64,000 nucleotides of DNA. It comes from Eledone cirrhosa (taxonomy: Eukaryota). Position numbers and translations under genes: made by a program. How positions within the stretch are numbered: the first letter of the stretch is position 1; the number at the start of each line of letters is the position of its first letter. Below are positions 13,429 to 26,289 of this stretch, one piece after another. The notes under the pieces were generated by a model that worked only from the letters and a program-made list of their open reading frames with translations, was not told the DNA's origin and did not search any database. The stretch is from contig OZ024742.1 of NCBI GenBank assembly GCA_964016885.1, forward strand, positions 44,454,001 to 44,518,000, written 5' to 3'.

Positions 13429-13666
13429 CCTTTTCATTACCATATTTCTAATGACAGGCAGTGACAATGATTTTCACATAATATTGAAAATATTTAGTAA
13501 TATATCTAACTTTCTCATTATTAAGCTGGTGTTTGGAACATAATTTAACAAAGGATCTTACATAAAATTACGATGGAAGGTTTCTAGATAAATATAAACA
13601 CTTTAAGACAAACAGTCTTATATTGTAGAACCAGGGGCAGTTTCAGGTAGCTTTCTACCAAAAGGG
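13429..13666. mobile_element. TTAA-flanked MITE (piggyBac-type), family 2
   Basis: TTAA|CCTTTT...AAAAGGG|TTAA; reversed partial copy at ~57153-57278. Confidence 0.55.
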
Positions 13667-13931
13667 TTAAAGCCACTAATGGATTTTGAATCAATTTTCA
13701 TGTAATATCTATCTAAATGATAGCTCTGCTTGAATATTGACTTGGTCTGTAACAATACATCTAGCCCTTGCTAGCAGGGAAAATGGATGTTAAATGATGA
13801 TGATGATGATGTTTAAAACATGATATTACTACAACCCACTTCAATGATATCATTGCCTAGGTTTGACTAAACTACACTATACAAAATCTCTTTCATTTTC
13901 AAACATAAAAGAAAACACATTGGTAATCAAT

Positions 13932-13978
<47 letters not shown>

Positions 13979-14168
13979 ATAATAATAATAAATGTGAAGA
14001 CTATATATATAAGTAGTGTTTTTGAAATTAGAAGAAACTATAATGCCCCGGGGTACCAGAGCTCCTGCGATTATGGCCACTCACCTACTTTCTCAATAAT
14101 ATCAGGAATATTTTGGGGAATAGGTATAGCAAGTTGATGGCAATATATGAACAAAATAATGGGGTAAT

Positions 14169-14225
<57 letters not shown>

Positions 14226-14511
14226 ACGAAGGAATTGTGGTAAGGAACCAGATGGACCATAACGCACCAGAGTACTCAATACTTAGGGTAGTAGAGTGGG
14301 TAATAGGAAAAGGTATGACCCCGACGGCAGTCCAGTCAAAACGGCTTGAGCTCTGCCGTCGAGGTCATACCTTTTCCCATATATATATATATTGTTTTGT
14401 TTTTTTCTTCAAAAGTAGGGTTTATGATATATCCACACTGGGAAAAATTTAGGAAAAAGAAGTTGAAAATGCAATTGGAGTCTTTAAGAAGGTTTATTTA
14501 CAATAATTTAT

Positions 14512-14551
14512 GACTTTACCGGTTTCACAGGTTTCATGATTTTCAAAGGTC
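14512..14551 (-). ncRNA. Degraded hammerhead motif, U3-A8 core variant
   Basis: Minus strand GACCT-TTGAAAA-tCATG(aaa)CCTGt-GAAACCGGTA^AAGTC; one mismatch each in helices I and II. Confidence 0.5.
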
Positions 14552-14639
14552 AAGAGAGATGGAGAAATGTGTGGCTATGCTGATTTCTAAGTTACATCTA
14601 ATTGATGTCAGGAATTCTTTCAATTTTATATATAAAAAT

Positions 14640-14968
14640 CCCCTTCGGTCATGAATGACAATGGGATCTGCACAGGAAGTTGCCCTCTAAGGCACAATTA
14701 CAGGCAAGGCTGTTACTGAAAGATCAGCAGTTGCCCATGTATGCTAGCCTCCCATCTCCACATATCTGATGTTGTCCAAAGGAAAGGCTGAGGCTGATAA
14801 AGCTTGGCACCAGTGACATTGCAACACATTTTTAAAACTGAGTAAACTGGAGCAGCATGAGGCAAAGTGTCTTGCTCAAGAAAACAATACACAGCCCAGT
14901 TCGGGAATTGAACTCACAATCCCACGCTTGTAAGTCCGACACTCTAACCATTAAGCCATGTGCCTTAA
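14640..14968 (-). mobile_element. tRNA-derived SINE, family B
   Basis: A/B boxes on the minus strand (TGGCTTAATGG, GAGTTCAATTCCC); same body as 38810-39100. Confidence 0.8.
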
Positions 14969-15057
14969 AACTCTTGTTACATATATATATGCACATAAAA
15001 ACATTTTTTCCTATTCCACCCCGCCCGTCTCTTCAATCTTTCTAATTTCTCATTCTT

Positions 15058-15093
15058 TCTTCTGATGAAGGACTAGCATCCGAAACGTTAAGA
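15058..15093 (+). ncRNA. Minimal type I hammerhead ribozyme motif
   Basis: TCTT-CTGATGA-aGGA(ctagca)TCC-GAAACGTT^AAGA; family copies on the minus strand at 23855-23890 and, degraded, 34674-34709. Confidence 0.8.
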
Positions 15094-15434
15094 TCCTCTT
15101 CCTGCTATTTCAAGCGTTAACCTAATATATTCCTTCCAAATACTGTACCGATTGTGTTGTTATTTGTGTTTACCTTTTACACACACACACATATATATAT
15201 AGGGTGTAATTAGATACAGGGGTGCTGAAGCCGGTGATGGACAGTTGTTAAATGTATGAATGGATAAATGAATGCCATTGTTGAGTAATAGGTGAATCAA
15301 CTAGTACCTTAACACTTCACACAAGGTGGAGCATTTCGTTTTAATCGTTTTCTAACCCAGAAAGGGGAGAGAGAGAGAGGTGAAAGGGGAAAAAGATATA
15401 TTTTTCTTCCTGATAGTCGTCTCTTTCTCCCTGT

Positions 15435-15500
<66 letters not shown>

Positions 15501-16375
15501 TTATATATATATGTAACAACAAGAATTTTAAGGTTATTGCCTCCTAGAAGTGCAGGGGGAGAAAGACTTCATACTCATCATGGGGTCCCTTTAGGGGCAA
15601 TGTTATACAGCTGAATGCTTGTCCTGGTGCAAAAAATTTTAGTTACTTCATATAAAATGAAGGAATATATATGTATCCCTACAAAAATATATGTGTGTGT
15701 GTATATATAAGTTATTATAGCTGTGAGCATATACCAGTGACTCGAGGGCCTGGAACCTCGTGTTTAATGCACAAACTGAAATTTCTTGAATCATACATCA
15801 GGTTCATTTGAAAATGTTTCAGTGTCTAATACAGTATATGAACTCTATTTTAGTTATTGGTTATATTTCTTTGTTTGTAAATAAAATGATGTACACACAC
15901 ATATATAAATATATATGTGTGGTCTCATAACTCCTGAAGGAGTTGTAGGGGTGCCATATTAATATATGGCATTTAATATAATGAAAATTATTGTATACAC
16001 TATTGAGGTGCACTACATTTTTAAACCTGGCAGAGCCCATCTCCTCTCCAGGTCTAAATATATATATGCACTGTACACAACAATTTTCATTATTATTATT
16101 ATATTATTTTATATATATATATACACACACACACATATATATATATATTTGAAAAAAAGGAAGAGAAAGTTCTCCAACCCAAGTTAACCAGGAATCTTTA
16201 AAATTCTTCCCACCGAAGTTAACAAAGAATTTACTGGATCTACCAACTCATAATATTATATTATATTATAACATTAAATCATACATTTTTTAACACTATA
16301 AGTGAAGTCATTCTTTTCCTTTTTTTCAAATACACCTAACTGTACCAAGGATCACACACATTTTCCAATATATAT

Positions 16376-16412
<37 letters not shown>

Positions 16413-17069
16413 AAATATATAAGTGTATACACACATATATATTTATTTATTTATTTTATAAATCAACAGGAATCACTTGATGATTTCACAGGAATGAAAC
16501 ACTTCTAGTCCTGTAGAAAGCTTTCAAACAAAGGGTTGTGGCAGACTCTTCAGTTTTGTTAAGGACTTGGCAAGCTCCCTAGTGTTGGGGATCTACAGGA
16601 TAAATGCGCTCAGTACACGCTGTAAAGTGGTTGAGGATAGGAAGGGCATACAGCAGTAGAAAGCTTGTCAACCAAAGAATTGGGAGGCCCCTTCAGTTGT
16701 GTCAAAGGCATGAGAACTTCCTTAGTTCTGGTGCCATGATAAGATGCACTCGGTAGAACGTAGAACTATATGTAAGTGAGTTGTGAATCCCTTGTCTGTC
16801 GATGGGGTCACTAGTCCCGCTTCAGTACTGACAGTCATGAAGACCCATCCAACCCTTATTAACAGGGAAAGAGGATGTTTAATGATGATGATGATGATAT
16901 ATAATTATAATTATATATGATTAAAGGTATATATATATACGTTAGTAGAAATCCATGCCTCAATGAAGGGCCAGTTTTAAAGTGTCTCCTCCATTATACA
17001 GTGGTGGCCAGAACTGGATCCTGAAACAATTGGTAGCATATACATGTTAATTGCGTGTAAATTTGTTTA

Positions 17070-17120
<51 letters not shown>

Positions 17121-17163
17121 CACACACATAGATATAAGTATATATATATATACATAAATATAA

Positions 17164-17231
<68 letters not shown>

Positions 17232-17449
17232 ACACATGCATTGTACATATACACCCACACATGTATGCACCCACCCATATATGTACTTTTACACCCACTC
17301 GAATGTTAATAAACACCCACTCATAGTTATCTTAAAAGTATACTTCACATGCCTCAAATCATATATTTAAACATATATACATTCAAATGTATAACTATAT
17401 GCATAAAGATAACTCTTTCTCTCTTGCTCTCTTTCCCCCCTCTGATATG

Positions 17450-17572
<123 letters not shown>

Positions 17573-17620
17573 TTATCATCATCATTATTGTTTAACATTC
17601 ATTTTCCATGCTAGCATGGG

Positions 17621-17651
<31 letters not shown>

Positions 17652-17658
17652 ACACACA

Positions 17659-17857
17659 CAAGGGTCAACTGGAAAGTTCATAGGCTGTCCAAGATACTCT
17701 CATGGAATGGCCAAATGAGGTTTATTTTTCAACATGGTCCCTGGAAAGAAAACAATGCAGTTATTAATAAGAAGAGCTGAAATTAATGCATGCAAGATTT
17801 CACAGCTCTAGCATCACCCCTGCATATTCAGCTCGAGAATTCTTTAGCCCACCCTCG
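17659..17857. mobile_element. Mariner-type MITE/remnant
   Basis: Imperfect TIRs CAAGGGT.../...ACCCTCG followed by TA, lying in a TA/CA tract. Confidence 0.45.
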
Positions 17858-17918
17858 TATATATATATATATATATATACAAGCAAATTATAAACGTAAA
17901 CATGTAAGTATGTTTTTG

Positions 17919-17953
<35 letters not shown>

Positions 17954-17974
17954 CATTATATATATATATATATA

Positions 17975-18191
17975 ATGTGGCCATGTAATATGGCCGTGTA
18001 GGTAACACGGTAAAAACCTCCCAGTCCATACTGTAAACGTGGTTGGTGTTAGGCATCCACCCATAAAAAACCCGCCAGACAGTCCTATACGAGCAAGACA
18101 ACCAATCTTGCCTCAAGTGGGAAAATTCCCGTCCAAACCCATGCTAGCGTGGAAGATGGATGTTAAACGATGATGATGATGATGATGATGA
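17975..18191 (+). mobile_element. RTE 3'-UTR fragment
   Basis: Matches 3245-3452; (GAT)n tail. Similar tails at ~16590-16897 and ~18850-19104. Confidence 0.85.
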
Positions 18192-18263
18192 TATATATAG
18201 GAACAAGTATGCATAAAGATAACTCTCATACTTGTTCTTATATATATATATATATATATATAT

Positions 18264-18380
18264 GAACAAGTATGACCCCGACGGCAGAACTCAAGCCATT
18301 TCGACGGCTAATTCTGGACTCTGAGTCCAGAATTAGCCATCGAAACGGCTTGAGCTCAGCCGTCGGGGTCCTACTCGTTC
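18264..18380. repeat. 117-bp fold-back palindrome containing the 3' half of a hammerhead
   Basis: Centre at 18322; GAAACGGC...GCCGTC (helix III + GUC) on both strands; relatives at ~14305-14380 and ~40588-40666. Confidence 0.85.
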
Positions 18381-19480
18381 TTATATATATATATATATAT
18401 ATACATATTGTTTGATTTAAATGTTATACATATATTAATAAACTTTTATTCTCAACCTGTAATTTCACGAACATTCTGTTTTGTTTTCATTTTGTAATAT
18501 GCTCCATGATAGTATTTAGTTACCTTGTTAAACTCTGTTACCCCAAATAAACCTGTAATATGATTGGTAGGGGTCAAAACTGTATACCTCCATTTGGACG
18601 ATTGATGACTGTAGAGTTTTTGTACCTTTCTCTCCCTCTTTCTGTGTATATATATATATATTATATATACCATCATCAACATTATCATTTTATGTCCATC
18701 TTTCTTACCAGCAAGGTTTGGATGGGTCTTCACAGTCTAAGACAAAATTCAGAAAGATCTAGACTTCTCAGATAGGTTAGAAGAAGGAACCTACATCTTA
18801 CTTATATACATTCCCACATTTTATCATGGCACCAGCAGTAGAGAGTTTGTATGCTGTAAAGTGCTTTGCAGCTATAGAAAGCTTGCCAAACAAATTGTTG
18901 GAGAGGATCTTTCAGTTGTTTCAAAGACATGACAACCACTTCTGTGCACTTGGTAGAATGTAAGACAGTACATAAGTGAGATGCCTGACTTCTCTGGGCT
19001 GAGATCAGTAGCTCTGCTTCAGTACTGACATGGCCTATGTAAACCTGTCCAACCCTTGATAGCAGGGAAAGTGGATGTTAAAACGATGATGATGATGATG
19101 ATGATATATATAATAGGAATTTATATTCATCATCATTGCCTAAATGCCACACAAGTTGATAAATCTAGAATGGACTGATCAACACTCGATAAATGGAAAG
19201 AATTTGTTTCCCCAAAGTGCCAGCTATTAATTCTAGTTTGAGAAGGCTTTGTACAGAATACATACACAAAGACTAACAATAATATATACATATATATGTA
19301 TCTGTTATTGTTATTCTCTCTCTGAAAGGAATGGTATCAACTTAAATACAGTGAAACCATAAATCTTTTTAGTAGTTGATTGATGAGAAGGGATATATCC
19401 ATGTTTTTTTCCATTGTCATTGTCTTCTGCATCTATATTTTGATGGATATTATATACATACATATTATTATTATTATTTT

Positions 19481-19680
19481 TGGGTGGTGGATTGGCAGTA
19501 TCGGTAGAGGGTCGGACGCCATGCTTTGCAGCATAGAGTTACGGCCCTTGCCATTCTGAGTTCAAATCCCGCCGAGGTTAACTTTGCTTTTCATCCTTAC
19601 GGGGTCGATAAAATAAAGTACCAGTAATGCACTGGGTAATTGCTGGCCTTGTGCCAAAAGTAGAAACAATTATTATTATT
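19481..19680 (+). mobile_element. tRNA-derived SINE, family A (Nin/Deu-like central domain)
   Basis: A box TGGCAGTATCGG, B box GAGTTCAAATCC, core CTTTCATCC..GGGGTCGATAAAATAAAGTACC, (ATT)n tail. Confidence 0.85.
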
Positions 19681-20005
19681 GGCATCCATCGGTCTCGAAA
19701 GGCCATGAGTGCCTGGAGAATTTTGTGTCAGCTGCTGATGATGGTGCAGTGTCAACTGTGGCTGTACAGGCCCAGGAATGGCAGTCCTGTATACAGTAGA
19801 TGGTCTCCTTCGATGCAACTGTGTTGTTCTTTTTTTGAGCACGCTTTTCCCCGGAGGCAAGTTTCAGTTTCTCTACCCCTCGCTCCATCCCCTTGCTCAG
19901 TACTTGTCTCCATCGTGGTTGATCGTTAGCGGCCTCCTCCCATCTCTGGGTGTCTCGGTCTATTGACTTCATATCCCCCTTGCAGATGTCTTTGAAGTGT
20001 GTCAC
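19681..20005 (-). pseudogene. RTE (BovB-like) ORF C-terminal fragment
   Basis: HFKDICKGDMKSI..WEEAANDQPRWRQ resembles the RTE C-terminus; differs from the main RTE family here. Confidence 0.65.
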
Positions 20006-20460
20006 CAGTTGAGAACTCTCTCAACTCCAATGTCCTGTTCCTTCAATTTGTCTTCTGTCTTTGTGTTTGTCTACTTATAACTCTAAAGTTGCTGTCTACT
20101 ATGTTATGTTGGTCCACTTCTCTCTGGGGAGGGACTTTGTATTTGCAGCCATCACTCTATTTCAATTCCTAGTGAGAATAAAATCTACCTGGCTTGTCTG
20201 CTCACCTGACTCAAATAGCTGATCGGTTTCTGAAGTTAGCATTGCAGATAGATTATTAGCAGAAAAATCCAGAAGCCTTGATCACCCCCTCACTTCTCTT
20301 ACCAATTCCAGAGAGCTGGAACAAATATTTTAAAGCATTCTATCCAACATTCTAACAACTCTATCAATTTGCCTATATTGCGTGTGCATATGCACACCCA
20401 TATATATTTAATATTTATGTGTATATATTAATATTTATGTGTATATATATATATATATAT

Positions 20461-22645
20461 CATCATCATCATCGTTTAACGTCTATCTTCACGCTAGCAT
20501 GAGTTAGACGGGAATTATATCACTTGAGGCAAGATTAATTGGGTAACCGTGTCTTGCTTGAACAGGACTGTATCTGGCAGGTTTTCTACAGCTGGATGCC
20601 CCTCCTAACACCAACCACATTTACAGTGTGGACTGGGAGCCTTTTTACTGTGTCTCCTACACGACCACTTTACAGCATGGACTGGGTGCTTTTTTGTCAT
20701 GACACCTACACGTCCTTGTTAGTTTGGACTGGATGTTCTGTGGTACCAACATAACTTTACAGTGAAAGGATGGTGTTGGTGGGAGGATGGAGTAGGGGTA
20801 ATGGGTTGGGGTGTATATTTGGTTAAGAAGTGCCTACTGACTGTAGGTTTAACTTTGTATGTAGGGAAGGCGGGTCTTCTGTATTAATATGTATGTATGT
20901 ACCAGATGCTTGCTTCAGCCTGTGCTCATGGGAAGTGTATGGGAGGAGGATGGAGGTGAATATTATATGTATGCTTTGGCCTGTGCTCATGGGAAGGCGG
21001 GTCTTCTGTAATATTGCATAATGCCAGAGATCCTGGTCCTGTGTCATTACCTTTGTACAAGGTCAGCTTTTATCACCTCATCCCAAGTCTTCCTGGGTCT
21101 TCCTACTCTGCACCTTTTTATACAGCTGTCATCCTTCATATGCATCACATGTCCATATCAACGCAATCTCCTTTCCTGCACATTGCATCTGATCCCTCTT
21201 ATGCCCAGTTTCTCTCTCAGTTCATTTATATCACTATTACACATCCATCAAAGCATGCAAGTTTCATTTTTTTACAATCTTCGTAAGTCCTCTGTGCACA
21301 GCGCCCAGCCCTCACAACCATGCAACATTGCTGCTCATATACATGTGTCATAAAATCTGCCTTTCATTTTGCGGGAAAAGCCTAGCTAGCAGTGGTTGTA
21401 GCTCCCTGAACTTCCATCCTGTCTTCACTCTGGTCACCGTACTTTCAGAACACCCACCTCTGTTGTTAATTTAGTCACCTAGGTAGCAGAAGCTGTCTAC
21501 TGCTTCTACTAAACCTTCCCAGAATTTGGTAGCACTTGTTTCCTGTGATCACTTGCTGCTTACTGCCCCAGTGCAACAGTTACATGTAAAACCTACATTC
21601 TTAACTAAACTACCTGAGATCCCACTACACCTCTTGTGTACCATAGTTTGCATTTGGGACAGTGGAAGGAATTTCTACCTACACTTTTCCTACACACTGA
21701 GCAAGGCCATTTCCCTGAGGGGATCAGGGCCTTGTTTTCCCTTCTACTTACTCAGACCATAGTCTTTGTCAGGTTGACTTTAAGACCCTTTGTTTTTAGG
21801 CTATGCTTCCAAGTTTGGAATTTATTCTCTAATTTTGCCATGATGCCATGCAGATGATCTAACACTCCTAACAGACTAGGAGTGTTAGATCATCTGCATA
21901 CTGGAGTTCCCATGGGCAGCCAGTCATAAACTCCTCTGTTATAGCCCGAAAAACAATAATAATCAAATGCCAACCTGCATGCTAAATTCCTCACTATTGT
22001 CATTGTTAATTCTAACTTTGCTAACTGCTCCCCTATACATGGCTTGTACAGCCTTCACAAGCCTCTTTCTACTCTCAGTTTTCTAAAAACCCACCAGAAA
22101 ATGGCACAGGAGACACTGTCAAAAGCTTTCTCCATATCGACAAATGCCTGGTAGAGCAGCTTACTTTTAGCTAGGTACTTCTTCTGTAGCTACTTCACAA
22201 GGAAGAAAGCATCTTTAGTGCTTTTACTTGTCACAAATCTGAACTGCATCTCATCTAGGTTAACCTGGTCCCTAATCAGCTGTGCTATAACTCTTTCTGT
22301 TATTTTCATGACATGGTCCATCAACTTGATACTTCTATAGTTTCCTTTACCCTTGTAGCAGTTGACAATGATGCCCCTGTCACTCAGTATGACACCATTT
22401 AGTTTTACTTGGTTTACAATTTGAGTGGTTAAGGTGTGACCCACTGACCCAGATGCTTTTAGCATCTCGGTAACTATCCCTGATGGACCGGCTGCTTTTC
22501 CAGTCTTCATATACTTAATTGCTTTACTTACTACACTACTACTGACTTGTATGACTGGGCCCTCTGTTGGGTCCACTTGGGGTAGGCTCTCTTTCTCCCA
22601 TGCATTTTCCTCATTCTGTAATCTTTCATAATGGTTCTTCCATGC
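20461..22645 (-). mobile_element. Degenerate RTE LINE, longest copy in the window
   Basis: ORF 22190-22726 has MKTGKAAGPSGIVTEML..YKGKG..NYRSIKL; downstream RT, PHD-like and C-terminal segments broken by stops; (CAT)n tail at 20461. Confidence 0.9.
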
Positions 22646-23006
22646 TATATATATATATATATTAATCAATGAAAAAAGAGTTAGTTGATTAGTAATCAAC
22701 TGATTCTTATATATAACAGATGCCAAACACTCAACAGTATAAATCTATCCAGAGTTAAATAATAATAATAATAATAATGGTTCCTTACCACACTTCTTTG
22801 TACATACATATATATATTTATATATGGGTGAGTCCCAGGTTCAATCGAGGGCAATCACAGTAAGTAAGGTATTCAATATATTAGTAGAATGTAAACATCA
22901 TGTTTAATATAGAAATGGCTTCTACAGGATTAGAACTGTTTCATTCAAAAGAAATCACCAGGAAAGCCCTGAAAGAGGACTGTCCTGATGATATATATAC
23001 ATATAT

Positions 23007-23101
<95 letters not shown>

Positions 23102-23352
23102 GAGAGAGAGAGTGTGTGTTTGCTGTGCAAAACTGAGAACACAAATCACAGTAGTACTCAATGAATGTGGAGTGTGTTATTTAAACTTGTTTTCTCAAGC
23201 TTTTTCAATGTTGAAATGGCAGGGTTCACTCATGGGATTCTACCTATATATATATATATATATATATATATCTATCCTGATGTCCTCCAAAAGTAATGGT
23301 CGCATTTTGAAAGGGTACGTCAATGCTTATTTATAAAACTGATATATATTGT

Positions 23353-23415
23353 ATTTTGTCTGATGAAGGCATACCATAATTTAACTTGGTATCCTTGGAA
23401 TATGTATAATGAAAT
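23353..23415 (+). ncRNA. Degraded hammerhead motif (family of 7970-8032)
   Basis: CTGATGA-AGGcATACCA...TGGTATCCTT-GGAATATGTATA; GAAA mutated to GGAA. Confidence 0.5.
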
Positions 23416-23608
23416 AAATATGGTTTTATAAATATAGTTTCCATTTGTTAATATCGTATATATATATATATATATATTCAGGGATGGTCAGTCTAAATGA
23501 ACGGACATCTGCTGCCCCTGAATAAAATATATCCAATTTTATTTTTGTTTTTTTGTCTCCATATACTCACCTTGTATTACCATGATTCTTTTATGATTGT
23601 TATGCAAT

Positions 23609-23660
23609 GCACCTGATGATGTCGCTGGAATTCTACTGACCATTGAAATATATATAGTGT
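23609..23660 (+). ncRNA. Minimal type I hammerhead ribozyme motif
   Basis: GCAC-CTGATGA-TGTC...GACCATT-GAAATATATATA^GTGT. Confidence 0.65.
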
Positions 23661-23731
23661 CTGCAGAAATAACTACTTTAAAGGAATCTCATCTTTCCGA
23701 CCTCTTGTCACTTTATTCAATTATATGTATG

Positions 23732-23779
<48 letters not shown>

Positions 23780-23854
23780 CAGAAATAACAACACAATCAG
23801 TAACGTATATGGAAGGAATATATTAGGTTAATGCTTGAAATAGCAAGAAGTGGG

Positions 23855-23890
23855 TCTTAACATTTCAGATGCTAATCCTTCATCAGAAGA
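23855..23890 (-). ncRNA. Hammerhead motif, CpG-decayed copy of 15058-15093
   Basis: Minus strand TCTT-CTGATGA-aGGATtagcATCT-GAAATGTT^AAGA; flanks 23790-23925 match 15020-15160. Confidence 0.65.
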
Positions 23891-24237
23891 AAGAATGAGA
23901 AATTAGAAAGATTGAAGGGACGGTCACACACATCACATATATATATTATTATATGCAGATTTATTTGGTTAGATGATTCCATATTGAGTATTATGGTTGC
24001 AATGTTGTGCCCATTGTATGCTCCAAGTCTTCTTCAGGTGGCTGTTGTGAATATTCTTTGAATTTTGAACTTAAACCTTTATTTAAAGCATGTAGGGTGG
24101 GGATGGATTGGAGTGGATTGGGGTTGGGGTGTTTATATTGTTCTCATTCTTGTATCCTTGCCCAGGGTATCCCTGTATTAGCTATTTAGTATTTGTGATG
24201 TCACTAGGTTGTTCCACTTAAGCTACACCTTTTAAGT

Positions 24238-24418
24238 ACAAATTAAAAGTCTCTGAAAGTAAATTAAAATGGACTCGAAGAAAATTAAAATAGACTCAAA
24301 GAAAATTAATAATCTCAAAGCATATTAAAATTATCTTGAAGCAAATTAAAATAAACTCATTGAAAATTAGAATTATCTCAAAGCAAATTGAAGTAGGCTT
24401 GAAGAAAATTGAAATTAT
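24238..24418. repeat. ~21-bp minisatellite (GAAG(A/C)AAATTAAAAT..) split by an RTE; resumes at ~25550-25630
   Basis: AAATTAAAA recurs every ~21 nt on both sides of the LINE. Confidence 0.7.
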
Positions 24419-24448
24419 CCTCCTCCTCCTCCTCCTCCTCCTCCTCCT

Positions 24449-25548
24449 CATCATCATCATCATCATCACTGTTTAATGTCTATTTTTCCATGCTAGCATG
24501 GGTTAGACGAGTTGCCCCATCATTAGACAAGCCAGGTCAGATGACCATGTCTTGCTCATACAGAACTGGTTTTGGTTTGGTTTCTTCAGCTGGATACCCT
24601 TTGTAACACCAACTAAATTTACAGTGGATGCTGGGTGCTTTTTGTCATGACACTTACACAACCACTTTACAGTGTGGACTGGGTGCTTTTTGTCGTGACA
24701 CCCACATGACCACTTTCCTGTGTGGACTGGGTGCTTTTTGTCGTGACACCCACATGACCACTTTCCTGTGTGGACTGGGTGCTTTTTGTCGTGACACCCA
24801 CATGACCACTTTCCTGTGTGGACTGGGTGCTTTTTGTCGTGACACCCACATGACCACTTTCCTGTATTGGCTGGGCACTTTTTGTTGTGACACCTACATA
24901 CACTTTACTGGGTTGGGGACTTGAGTTGGTGAGGAGGGATCGGGGTAGGTAGATCTTGGGGTATGCATGAGGGGCAAAGTGTTCAGACATGGGTGGAGTG
25001 TTAGGACATGGGAGGTGCAAGAAGGGAGGATGTGGACAAAGGGAGGGGTGTTAGAACATGGAGGTGTATGGAAGGAGGAGGGGAAGGTAGTGCATACAAG
25101 ATGTATGCTTCAACTCGTACACATGGGAAGGCAGGTCTTCTGAATTACTGCATAATGCCAGAGATCTCTATCCTGTGTCACTGCCTCCAAGAGGTGCAAT
25201 TGTGCAAGATCAGCTTTTATTATTTCATCCCAAGTCTTCCTAGGTCTTCCTACACCTTAGCTTCCATCAACTTTGAGCCCCCTGCACCTTTTTATACAGT
25301 TGTCATCCTTCATATGCATCACATGTCCACACCAACTCATTCTCCTCTCCTGCACACTGCATCTGATTTCTCTTATGCCCAGTTTCTCTCTCAGTTCATT
25401 TATGCTTTGCTTTTAATGTATATTACTATTACACATTCATTGATGCATGAAAACTTCATTTCTTTCCAATCTTCATAAGTCCTCTGCACACAACGTCCAG
25501 ATCTCCCTGCCATGCAACATTGCTGTTTGTATCATACAATCTGCCCTT
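24449..25548 (-). mobile_element. RTE LINE 3' fragment
   Basis: Homologous to the RT C-terminus and 3' UTR of the other copies; (CAT)n tail. Confidence 0.85.
24625..24905. repeat. 48-bp tandem repeat (~5.5 units) within the RTE 3' UTR
   Basis: Unit GTGTGGACTGGGTGCTTTTTGTCGTGACACCCACATGACCACTTTCCT; middle units identical. Confidence 0.9.
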
Positions 25549-26184
25549 CTTGAAATAAATTAAATAGTTTTAAAAAAAATTAAAACAACCTTGAAATAAA
25601 TTAAAATATTCTCAGAGTAAAATTAATATTAAATATTTAGATAAAACATTGTAGATATATCTATATTTTGAATTATTTTGAACCTATGCTGTTTTTTTTC
25701 TAGATCAGAATTTATTTCATCATTTGACTTAGGTTTTCAATGTTGCATTTACTTATAAATGAAAATGATCAGCCTCAAAGTAATGATAGCTAGTCTCAGG
25801 TTAAAAGTGCATTTCATGAGGTGTGAAACAGGAGAAGCAAGTGGGACAGGCTCATTGCCAAGGGTTAGGTATAAGGCATTGGATGACTCTACCTAACTCC
25901 TACTTTTCAATGGTGCACCCTCAGATTTAGGAAATAGAGTTTATTATAAACTGTACTGAAATATATTTCTTTTTGAAAGAGTGTTCACCCAGAATATTCT
26001 AAAATCCACCTCTCAGGTACCAAAACTGGTGACAAACTTGAAGTGGGATCCTGATAAGATGTCTATATTTGAATCTCATATGTGTTTATTGTTTGTTGCT
26101 GAACAATGAGAAGATTAGGAATTCATTAATGTAGTACATGCTGAAGACAACAGCATATAATTGCATCACATTTGCATCCTGGAG

Positions 26185-26238
<54 letters not shown>

Positions 26239-26289
26239 GCTTAATGTTTATTTTCCATGCTAGACTGGGTTAATGTCTGTGACAAAGTC

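Noticed and set aside
19481-19575. tRNA genes suggested by A/B boxes
   Set aside because: No complete cloverleaf; they continue into SINE bodies in many copies.
24625-24905. CRISPR-like regular repeat
   Set aside because: Contiguous units without unique spacers, inside a LINE 3' UTR; eukaryotic context and no cas genes.
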